A stretch of 57,800 bases of DNA from an uncultured Gammaproteobacteria bacterium (GTDB lineage: Bacteria > Patescibacteriota > Patescibacteriia > Magasanikbacterales > UBA922): assembly GCA_964433095.1 (NCBI GenBank), contig CAYSPW010000004.1, positions 1-57,800 of the forward strand, given 5' to 3'. Position 1 is the stretch's first letter; each line of letters begins with the position of its first letter. This document shows, piece by piece, positions 1 to 9,044 of this stretch. Under the pieces are notes generated by a model. It was not told where the DNA came from and did not search any database. It worked only from the letters and a program-made list of their open reading frames with translations. Position numbers and translations under genes: made by a program.

Positions 1-550
1 TCACTATGGTTGAAGGCTGTTGGTGCGGCAGGCGTCCGGCATCTATCACCAAATCGGGCTGCTTCGCGGTGTTGGTAAACATGTTGCAAACCGTATCAAT
101 ATCGTATGGAGAATCTTGCGAAGAAATATTGGCGGAAGTGGAAACCAAAGGCTTGTTTAATTTTTCACTCAACTGCCGAGCGAGCGGATAATCGGTAACC
201 CGAAAGGCCAAAGAATTTCCCGGACCGATTACTCCGGCAGGCAAATCCACGCCATCTTTCAACTCAGCCACCACGGTCAAAGGACCGGGCCAGTATTTCC
301 GCGACAAATCTTCCAACACGGTAGTCCATTTCACGTAACGCATGGCCATTGCCATATCGGGCATCACCACCAAAACCGGCTTATCCGATTGTCTTTTTTT
401 GATGGCAAAAATTTTCTTTACCGCCTCCCGGTTGGTGGCATCGCAGCCCAGTCCGTAAACGGTTTCCGTGGGATAAATTATTATTTTGCCTTGCTTGAGC
501 AAATCCACCACCTTGGCAATCTCCATTTTATCTTCTTTTACAATATTCAT
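1..550 (-). CDS. tsaC: L-threonylcarbamoyladenylate synthase, TsaC/YrdC/Sua5 family (C-terminus cut by window edge)
   Basis: Hand translation of the minus strand from ATG at 550-548 gives MNIVKEDKMEIAKVVDLLKQGKIIIYPTETVYGLGCDATNREAV...PGPLTVV...LVSTSANIS...PSTIV, open to position 1. It is absent from the ORF track because no stop lies in the window. ATGA overlap with the prfB stop. Confidence 0.8.
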   Translation of the reverse strand, partial: MNIVKEDKMEIAKVVDLLKQGKIIIYPTETVYGLGCDATNREAVKKIFAIKKRQSDKPVLVVMPDMAMAMRYVKWTTVLEDLSRKYWPGPLTVVAELKDGVDLPAGVIGPGNSLAFRVTDYPLARQLSEKLNKPLVSTSANISSQDSPYDIDTVCNMFTNTAKQPDLVIDAGRLPHQQPSTIV

Positions 551-1647
551 ATTGTTTGTTGTTTCAAATAACGCAGGTAAGCTTCCACAAATCCATCCAG
601 ATCGCCGTCAAGCACTTTATCCGGATCCGATTCCTGGTAGCGGCTGCGCAAATCCTTGACCATTTTGTACGGATGCAGCACATAGGAACGAATTTGATTG
701 CCCCACTGAGCTTGTTTATGCTCGCCGATAATTTTTTGCCTGGCCCGCTTTTCTTGCTCTTCTTTTAATTGCTGCAATTTGGATAGCAATATGGTCATGG
801 CCATTTCCTTGTTTTGATGTTGCGAGCGTTCATTTTGGCATTGCACCGTGATATTCGTGGGCAGATGCACAATTCTCACGGCCGATGAAGTCTTGTTCAC
901 GCTTTGCCCGCCGGCGCCACCAGAGCGATAGGTGTCAACGCGCAGGTCATTGGGGTCAATTTCCACGTCCACTTCCCGCAGCTCGGGCACCACCTCCGCC
1001 AGCGCGAACGAGGTATGGCGCATTTTCTCGGCGTCAAAAGGGGAAACGCGCACCAGCCTATGAGTGCCGTGTTCGGACTTGAAATGACCGTAGGCATACC
1101 GTCCTTGCACTGAAAAAGTAATGGATTTAATGCCGGCTTCCGAACCTTTGGATTGATCCAAAATTATGGTTTTGAAGCCTTTTTTTTCGGCATAACGCAG
1201 CAGCATGCGCGCTATCATCTCAGCCCAATCCCGTGCTTCGGTGCCGCCCGAGCCGGCATGCACGGATATGATGGCGTTTTTGTTGTCATAACGGCCGGAA
1301 AACAAGCGAAAGAATTCCAGCTTGTCATATTCTTTTTCCAGCTCGCCCACCCTTTTGGCCAGCTGTTTTTCCAAGCCGGAATCCGAATTATTTTCCAGCT
1401 CCTCGGCCAAACCAAACAGTTCCTCCACTTCGGTGGACAGCTTATTCCAGGTTTCAATTTCTTTTTTCAAATCTTCGTGCTCTTTGCTCACTTGGGCCGC
1501 TTTTTCCGTGTCAATCCAAAAATCCCTCGCTTGCATCCGCCGTTCCAATTCCATGACCTGATCCCTCAGCCGATCAATTCCGAGCATCTTCTTGGTTTGC
1601 TTGATTTTGCGCTTCAATTCAGCTAATTTACTTTTTTCTTCAACCAT
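547..1647 (-). CDS. prfB: peptide chain release factor 2, encoded as one uninterrupted frame
   Basis: 366 aa with the SPF tripeptide (RVSPFDA) and GGQ (GGAGGQSVNKT); layout resembles E. coli RF2 (HRLVR.SPFD...RHTSF). Confidence 0.93.
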   Translation of the reverse strand: MVEEKSKLAELKRKIKQTKKMLGIDRLRDQVMELERRMQARDFWIDTEKAAQVSKEHEDLKKEIETWNKLSTEVEELFGLAEELENNSDSGLEKQLAKRVGELEKEYDKLEFFRLFSGRYDNKNAIISVHAGSGGTEARDWAEMIARMLLRYAEKKGFKTIILDQSKGSEAGIKSITFSVQGRYAYGHFKSEHGTHRLVRVSPFDAEKMRHTSFALAEVVPELREVDVEIDPNDLRVDTYRSGGAGGQSVNKTSSAVRIVHLPTNITVQCQNERSQHQNKEMAMTILLSKLQQLKEEQEKRARQKIIGEHKQAQWGNQIRSYVLHPYKMVKDLRSRYQESDPDKVLDGDLDGFVEAYLRYLKQQTI

Positions 1648-1710
1648 AATTTACTTTTTTTACAGCCTTTTCTTATTTTTATCATATCTCAGTTAAATCA
1701 AAAAAACAAG

Positions 1711-1743
1711 CTTAAACCAAAGCAGCCGGTTAATGCCGGCTGC
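1711..1743 (-). terminator. intrinsic terminator downstream of groEL
   Basis: GCAGCCGG-6 nt-CCGGCTGC hairpin at 1722-1743, followed on the minus strand by TTTGGTTTAAGCTTGTTTTTTT. Confidence 0.55.
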
Positions 1744-1762
1744 CTTTATTAAAGCACTGTTT

Positions 1763-3421
<1,659 letters not shown>

Positions 3422-3441
3422 TTAGATAAGAATGTATTAAA

Positions 3442-3717
3442 TTATTCCAATACCGCGATCACATCATTGTGATCAAGAATTTTATATTCCTCCTCTTTGG
3501 CTTTTACCTCTTCTCCTCCCCATTTTTTAAACAGAACCTTCATCCCTACGCTGAGATTCAATTTGGCCAGTTTTTCTCCGTTGCCAATGGCAATAATTTC
3601 TCCTTCGGCCTTTTTTTCTTTGTCCACCGTATCCGGCAATACGATTCCGGAAGAGGTAACCTCTTCTTCGGCAAGAGGCTTGACTAAAATTCTATCTCCG
3701 ATAGGTCTAATGTTCAT
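3442..3717 (-). CDS. groS: co-chaperonin GroES
   Basis: 91 aa; MNIRPIGDRILVKP...GIVLPDT...; lies immediately upstream of groEL. Confidence 0.95.
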   Translation of the reverse strand: MNIRPIGDRILVKPLAEEEVTSSGIVLPDTVDKEKKAEGEIIAIGNGEKLAKLNLSVGMKVLFKKWGGEEVKAKEEEYKILDHNDVIAVLE

Positions 3718-3755
3718 AGAGCTCTATTTGGTTAAATATATATTAATTTAATTTT

Positions 3756-3782
3756 TTATCACTCTGTATTAATGAGTGATAA
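3756..3782 (-). promoter_or_regulatory. CIRCE-type operator (HrcA box), variant half-sites
   Basis: TTATCACTC-N9-GAGTGATAA is a perfect 9-bp inverted repeat with a 9-nt spacer (consensus TTAGCACTC-N9-GAGTGCTAA). It lies between the groES promoter and the start codon. Confidence 0.75.
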
Positions 3783-3799
3783 AATATTTTACTCCTGTT

Positions 3800-3827
3800 A
3801 TTTTACATCATTCGTCCGAATTGTCAA
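3800..3827 (-). promoter_or_regulatory. sigma-70-like promoter of groES-groEL
   Basis: Minus strand reads TTGACA-16 nt-TAAAAT, about 17 nt upstream of the CIRCE element. Confidence 0.6.
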
Positions 3828-3874
3828 GTGATACTCGTATTTTTTTGTACATAGTTAAATTTAGCTAAAAAAAG

Positions 3875-4610
3875 CAAAAAACCTCTGTTTTAAGGTTTTT
3901 TGGCAAATGCCCCAGCCATTAAAGAGAAGAGATTGTTTGTCTTGTCACAAACCATATTACCGATAATGCCTGATGTGCAGAATGCTAATCTTTGTTTAGA
4001 AAAGCCTGCTTTTTTATGATCCGTTTCCGATCATGCCGGCACCAAACACATCGCAAAATACAGTAAGAGACTTGTTTCGTGTCCGCCCATTAACCTCTTC
4101 TCTTGATTAGGGCTAAACGATTGGCAGACACCGGACGGATATTTACTACCCATAATATGTAATTTTCAGTTACGCTATTTGATGGTAGTTTATCACCTCC
4201 TCTGGGCCCTTTTGATCCTCTGTATACCTCATCAGACGATTACCGTCCACTTTGATATCCAGTCTTGTCCGCAAAAAGCCATATCAAGGATTTTTTGAAT
4301 TTAGCTCTACGGCCTATGCCGCAGGGTTAATTTCTCTTTACTCAAGATCAAAAAAGCCCAAAGCAAGTGATAAGCCCATCGTGCCGACCATTTATGACTT
4401 TGTGATGCCTGTCGAAAACACAAAGTCCTTATGGCGCTTTCATCTTGTGATGAAAAACACATGTGCCTACCACCAACTTTAGGCTCTTGCGCCGCGCGGC
4501 CGCGGCCGTTCCCCCTGTTGGTAATCGTATCTGCCGGTCGCCAAAATTGATGGTTGGCTTGGCCGGTACGTTTGCTACTTTTTTAAATAATTTTAATCAA
4601 CTCTGTAATA
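3875..4610 (-). ncRNA. unassigned non-coding stretch; candidate long structured RNA (strand and ends uncertain)
   Basis: Only one weak ORF of 60 aa or more, and it has a TTG start. A TTGACA box lies at 4634-4639 (minus). A hairpin plus T-run lies at 3878-3901. Several local hairpins and a 10-bp long-range complement are present. No known RNA family was recognised. Confidence 0.25.
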
Positions 4611-4654
4611 ACTATCTCATTAATGAATGAGCGTGTCAAGCGAAAAAATTTGGC

Positions 4655-4684
4655 TAAAAATACACCGGGTGGGCATAAACGGTG
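4655..4684 (-). terminator. weak terminator-like hairpin after the O-antigen ligase-like gene
   Basis: CACCG-12 nt-CGGTG, followed on the minus strand by TATTTTT. Confidence 0.35.
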
Positions 4685-4686
4685 GA

Positions 4687-6051
4687 CTAATTGTGGAGAG
4701 ACTGTGGAATAATCCGAATGATGATTGATAAGTATATCGCGCACAAAATTATTCCAAAAAATGAGGAAAAGAGATAGTGATCTAACAGGCTTACAATCAG
4801 TATCGGGCTAAGCAAAATGGTCAAAAAAAGGAGAATTTTAATACTCTGCTCCCGCTGCCGGCTGTAGGACAAATTAAACAGATACATGCTCAATAACAAA
4901 AACACAAACAACGCGTAACCGACCAGGCCCAATTCCACAATCAGCAACAAAACCGTATTGTGCACCGGCTGGTAAGCCCATCCCGGCTCGCCCGGCCAAT
5001 AACGATACAAAGCCAAAGTGTAGTTGCCGATTCCGGTGCCAAGCATGGCGTTATCGCCGAAAATAACAAAGGCCCGCCCGTAGCCGTCTATTCTTTGGCT
5101 GATTGATAATCGCTCGGCGCGCGAATCCGCCAGCGTCCGCACCCGCACCAGTGAATGATACAGGCCGAACAAAATAGAAATCATAATCAAGACAATGGCT
5201 ATGTAAAAGGTGAACCGCTTTTTCGCTTGCGCGCTGAATCTCTGTATGCCGACCACCACCAGGCATATTGTTAATATGGCAAAACTGATCCAAGCGGCGC
5301 GCGAAAAAGTGAAAAACAGGGCCGTAAGCTGTAGCAGATAAACGCCGAGTAAAGCCGCCCGGTGCCTTTCAATCTTAACCGAGTAAATCAGTATTCCGGT
5401 GAACAACAGCGCCACCACCAAATAACCGCCGAACATATTGGGGTGGGAAAAAGAACCGTAAGCACGCAGCCAGCGCCCCACCTGCGCCGAACCGACCACC
5501 GAACTGCCCAGCTCCCATACCGGGTGAGATACCAACCCCAGCCATTTGAAACTGAATGTGGATTGGCTCAAAAATTGCCCGATGCCGAGAATACTGGGCA
5601 CGACCGAACCGATCGCAAACCATTTCATTTGATTGATCCAACTCATCGGACCAATCAGTAGTATAAAAAAGAGCAAAAAGCCTTCAATGACATACAAAGC
5701 GTGCCGCAGCGCCAGCGAAAGATCAATAGCCCAAAAAACCGAAGCCGCGCCATAGGCGACAAATAAAAAAGCGGCCAACGCCAACAATCTGTCGGCGGTA
5801 AAAGAAAATTTCTTTTTACCGCGCCGCGCCAACTTTTTCATGAACAAAAAAAAGAAACAGACAAATATCAGCCAAATCAAAATTTCGGAAAGGTAAAATC
5901 CCAAAGTGCCGTATTCCCACTTTTGGCCATTAAACGCCTGCTCCATGTAAAGCCAAACCGTTGGCCAGGGAAATAAGAAGAAAAACACGGCCAAAAAAAA
6001 CTTCAATGCGTTTTCCCAGCTTAAGCGTTTGTTGTCGGGAATATTGTTCAT
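4687..6051 (-). CDS. O-antigen ligase / Wzy_C-family polytopic membrane protein
   Basis: 454 aa and highly hydrophobic with many predicted TM helices; FTFSRAAWISFAIL segment resembles the O-antigen ligase family. Confidence 0.65.
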   Translation of the reverse strand: MNNIPDNKRLSWENALKFFLAVFFFLFPWPTVWLYMEQAFNGQKWEYGTLGFYLSEILIWLIFVCFFFLFMKKLARRGKKKFSFTADRLLALAAFLFVAYGAASVFWAIDLSLALRHALYVIEGFLLFFILLIGPMSWINQMKWFAIGSVVPSILGIGQFLSQSTFSFKWLGLVSHPVWELGSSVVGSAQVGRWLRAYGSFSHPNMFGGYLVVALLFTGILIYSVKIERHRAALLGVYLLQLTALFFTFSRAAWISFAILTICLVVVGIQRFSAQAKKRFTFYIAIVLIMISILFGLYHSLVRVRTLADSRAERLSISQRIDGYGRAFVIFGDNAMLGTGIGNYTLALYRYWPGEPGWAYQPVHNTVLLLIVELGLVGYALFVFLLLSMYLFNLSYSRQREQSIKILLFLTILLSPILIVSLLDHYLFSSFFGIILCAIYLSIIIRIIPQSLHN

Positions 6052-6061
6052 CGGTTAAAAC

Positions 6062-7006
6062 TTATACCGTTATTTTACTACAAGCCAAGATCCATTCCTT
6101 TTTGAAATACCGACGGCGGTCGTTGTCATGAAACTTAAGCATATGGTCTTCTATTACCACGGAGATACCGTCCCTGTTGCCGACCAAACGCGGATTATTG
6201 TCAATTTTGGCCAGCTGCAACACTTTGGCCCTCGCTTCCAACATGTCCCCGTACCGGCCGGACCACAATTTCTGCGCTATCGCTTTACTCCATCGGCTAA
6301 AAACATTATCGTTCACGCCGTATTTACCGGCATAGACGAACTCGGACAGAGAATTGTGCAGATATTTTTTTATCCAGCGGTTTGCATCAATTACATCTTT
6401 TCTTAAATTATATGGATCATAAAGCGGTATTAAATGTTCCAGCCAGTATATAAGATAGATATCCGGATCCTCTATGGATATTTTCCGAAAATCCAAAGAA
6501 TTGTGATCGACAAAAAAACTAAGGCAAATTTTATCACGGCCGCCATCGTTGCCCGGCCGCAGTCGGAAAATCTTCATGGTGAAGATAATGATGGCTCGCG
6601 TCAGCCAAATCCTGCCCGGCTTGACCACAATAAACAAATCCACGTCAGACTCCTCAACCGCCACTCCCATGGCAACGCTATTGCACACATAGACGCCCTT
6701 TACATAAGGCAAATAACGAATTTTTTTTACCGCCCGCCCGGCTATCTTTATCTTTTGCCTGCCGACGCGTACGGCTCGCCGCCTCTGTTGCACCGTCTGT
6801 TGTTGACCTGGTAAGAAATAGTAGCCGAATTGCGCGCTTATCATCCCGCTATCACGCGTTTTTTTTAAATAATTCAAAAAATGACTATATGAAATTTTGC
6901 CAAACCCGAAGAGACGCTGGTGCAATTCCACAGCCGTAAGCGGTAATTTGAACAGAGAAAAAAAAGATAAAGTCTGAATAATTGATTTTCGCAATGCTTT
7001 GTCCAT
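6062..7006 (-). CDS. nucleotidyltransferase-domain protein (Pol-beta superfamily-like)
   Basis: GVYVCNSVAMGVAVEESDVDLFIVV resembles the G[SN]xxxG...SDxD nucleotidyltransferase signature. Confidence 0.5.
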   Translation of the reverse strand: MDKALRKSIIQTLSFFSLFKLPLTAVELHQRLFGFGKISYSHFLNYLKKTRDSGMISAQFGYYFLPGQQQTVQQRRRAVRVGRQKIKIAGRAVKKIRYLPYVKGVYVCNSVAMGVAVEESDVDLFIVVKPGRIWLTRAIIIFTMKIFRLRPGNDGGRDKICLSFFVDHNSLDFRKISIEDPDIYLIYWLEHLIPLYDPYNLRKDVIDANRWIKKYLHNSLSEFVYAGKYGVNDNVFSRWSKAIAQKLWSGRYGDMLEARAKVLQLAKIDNNPRLVGNRDGISVVIEDHMLKFHDNDRRRYFKKEWILACSKITV

Positions 7007-7110
7007 GTAAAGTATTTTATATCAAACGCGAACAAATGTATAGATTGACTCGTGCGTGAAAAATATGTTAAAATTTTAAAAAAAGAACTTTTTTTCATAG
7101 GAGGGATGGC

Positions 7111-7788
7111 ATGAATCGAGAAGACAAAAGCAAAATTGCCGGTTTTGAACAATGGACCAGAAAAATAATCGCCGGCAACCGGCAGGTGTTGCGCTTTACA
7201 TACAAGCCGCACGCGTCCAGAGAGGACGTATTGGAGCATGAAGCCAAAACTTTGCGCCTGGCCATGCTGCTTATCACTTTTGAATGGAAAGCCGGCAATC
7301 CGCACGATCTGGACTTTGTTAGGCTTCTCTACTGCGCCGGCACGCACGATGACGGCGAGGGCGTAACCGGCGTGGATCATCATGCCATGCTCAAAACCGA
7401 ACAGGATCAAGAATACGAAAACCACCACTACGAACAGCTGTTGGATCAAGGAATTCCCGGATTTGTGCGCGATCTGTTCCGCCTGCCGATAGACCAGGAT
7501 GATGAAGTTGATGAAACGCACAGGCTCTTTTGGAACGCGCTGGAAAAAACCGGCTACGTCTTTTTCGCACTCGGAGAGCTGCGTGAAGAAGAACAAACCG
7601 GCTTTACCAATCCGCAGCGCATTGCTGACTTTATAGCCGTGGGACAGCATTATAGGGAGGAGCTACTTTTTCGCGGCGAAACGTTCATCAGCATAAACGT
7701 AGTGTGTCGGATCCAGTACCAGGAACTGGACCGGCTGATTCGTGAAATACAAAAAACGGGCATTGAACTGCCCGCGCCCAACTTATGA
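7111..7788 (+). CDS. HD-domain phosphohydrolase (YfbR-like 5-prime-nucleotidase family suspected)
   Basis: VLEHEAKTLRLAMLL...CAGTHDDGEGVTGVD supplies H...HD...D motifs. GGAGG SD lies 6 nt upstream of the ATG. Confidence 0.55.
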   Translation: MNREDKSKIAGFEQWTRKIIAGNRQVLRFTYKPHASREDVLEHEAKTLRLAMLLITFEWKAGNPHDLDFVRLLYCAGTHDDGEGVTGVDHHAMLKTEQDQEYENHHYEQLLDQGIPGFVRDLFRLPIDQDDEVDETHRLFWNALEKTGYVFFALGELREEEQTGFTNPQRIADFIAVGQHYREELLFRGETFISINVVCRIQYQELDRLIREIQKTGIELPAPNL

Positions 7789-7789
7789 G

Positions 7790-7821
7790 GGCCGAACCCG
7801 AGCGTGACAAGCCCGGGTTTT
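7790..7821. terminator. bidirectional hairpin between convergent genes
   Basis: AACCCG-12 nt-CGGGTT followed by TTTTTT. Confidence 0.5.
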
Positions 7822-8121
7822 TTATTCGGTCGCTTTTCTCATGGCCACCGGTTCGGCCTCCGCTCCTGCGGAAGCTTTTTTCGCTATTTTTCTGGCCTCT
7901 TTGACCACGTTGTCATCCACCATTATTTTGTCCTCTTTGATTCTACGCACTTGCGCCCGATGAATCAAATATTCTCTGGTGCGCAAACCAGATGATTTTA
8001 CTTTGTATTGAATGATACCGTGGCTGTTGGCATCAATCACCAAATCGTAAACATAGCCGAGTATGTCTCCTCCGGCCGTTACCACTTTCATTTTTTTGAG
8101 TTGTGAAAACCCTACTCGCAT
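7822..8121 (-). CDS. PRC-barrel domain protein (YlmC/YmxH-like)
   Basis: 99 aa; MKVVTAGGDILGYVYDLVIDANSHGIIQY resembles PRC-barrel proteins. Confidence 0.55.
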   Translation of the reverse strand: MRVGFSQLKKMKVVTAGGDILGYVYDLVIDANSHGIIQYKVKSSGLRTREYLIHRAQVRRIKEDKIMVDDNVVKEARKIAKKASAGAEAEPVAMRKATE

Positions 8122-8134
8122 ATTTTTCCACCGA

Positions 8135-8884
8135 TTAACTTTCTTTACCGGCGCCGTTATCAGTTGCTTTTTTTTCTTCGTCGTCTTTTCTGAACATGAA
8201 TTTCTGCTGTAAAGCGGTCGTGAGCGTGGATAAAAACCAATACAAGGTCAAGCCCCCGGGCAGTTGCATGCCGATAATCACTGTCAAAATGGGCATAAAA
8301 TACAACATCTGCTTGTTCATCATGGCCATCATGCTTTCGTCTTTTCCGCCTTTCCCGGCGGTTAGAGGCGGTTTTTTGCGCACCATCATCTTGGCTTGCC
8401 ACCACTGCGCCGCGCCGGCCAAGAGAGCCAATATTATACTGGCTTTACCCAGATTGATTATTCCGAGGCTGACCGGATCAATATGCCGCGGATTTTCCAC
8501 GAAAGAATAAAGTAAATTAAAATTATCAGTGGTCAAAGCACCGCGCAGCACCCAGTAAAGAGCCAGAAACACAGGCAGTTGAACCAACAAAGGCAAGCAG
8601 GACCCGAACGGGTTGACTTTATTCTCCTTGTACATTTTCATGGTTTCCTGCGCCACTTTCTGCTTATCGTCTTTGTACTTTTTCTTGATTTCATCCAATT
8701 TGGGCTGCAAATCCGCCAAAGACTTTTGTGCTTCAATTGACTGCTTGGTGAGCGGATAAAGTACCAGTTTGATGATAACGGTGATAATCAATATCACTAC
8801 ACCCACATCGGGAATAATATTATACAGCCCGACAAAAACATTAAATATGGGCTGATAAAGTACGGCTTCAAATAGTTCTTTCAT
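8135..8884 (-). CDS. yidC: membrane protein insertase YidC (short form)
   Basis: 249 aa; PLTKQSIEAQKSLADLQPKLDEIKKKYKDDKQKVAQETMKMYKENKVNPFGSCLPLLVQLPVF is typical of YidC/Oxa1. Confidence 0.9.
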   Translation of the reverse strand: MKELFEAVLYQPIFNVFVGLYNIIPDVGVVILIITVIIKLVLYPLTKQSIEAQKSLADLQPKLDEIKKKYKDDKQKVAQETMKMYKENKVNPFGSCLPLLVQLPVFLALYWVLRGALTTDNFNLLYSFVENPRHIDPVSLGIINLGKASIILALLAGAAQWWQAKMMVRKKPPLTAGKGGKDESMMAMMNKQMLYFMPILTVIIGMQLPGGLTLYWFLSTLTTALQQKFMFRKDDEEKKATDNGAGKES

Positions 8885-9044
8885 AATCCAATATTGCTTT
8901 TAAAAACAAGTGTTTGCAAGTATATCACCAAAAAAGATAATAATCAATTTAATTGATAAACCAAAAACATACCTCATAATATTTAGTCGTTTCCTTTAAA
9001 AAAAGAACCGCTATAAAGCAATCTATTGGTCCTTTTTTATTTCT

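Noticed and set aside
4252-4482. 76-aa plus-strand ORF inside the non-coding gap.
   Set aside because: It has a TTG start, no SD, no recognisable motif and odd composition. It is the only ORF in an 860-bp stop-rich region, so most likely it arose by chance.
3900-4560. Tried to assign the long non-coding gap to tmRNA, RNase P RNA, SRP RNA, 6S RNA or a group II intron.
   Set aside because: On neither strand did I find the tmRNA ends (GGGG..UUCGAC start, T-arm plus CCACCA end), GGAAAGUCC / ACAGAA..GGCUUA of RNase P, the GGAAGCAGCC SRP core, or a GUGYG start with a domain-V AGC-triad hairpin. It stays unassigned rather than being given a name.
4598-4631. Similarity to the CIRCE region (ACTCTGTAATAA and ATTAATGAATGAG against ACTCTGTATTAA and ATTAATGAGTGA at 3760-3780), suggesting a second HrcA box.
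   Set aside because: The two halves are separated by an extra 7 nt and do not form the 9-N9-9 inverted repeat. The local palindrome CTCATT-N4-AATGAG is a different, shorter element. The sequence is AT-rich, so chance similarity is plausible.
6874-7650. 258-aa minus-strand ORF antisense to the HD-domain gene. Similar long antisense ORFs lie at 11535..12188, 42851..43417, 46236..46736, 48564..49166, 1153..1626 and 2574..3116.
   Set aside because: Each lies opposite a CDS with clear family motifs. They have no motifs of their own, show odd composition (R/G/F-rich), and many begin at non-ATG codons. These are shadow ORFs.
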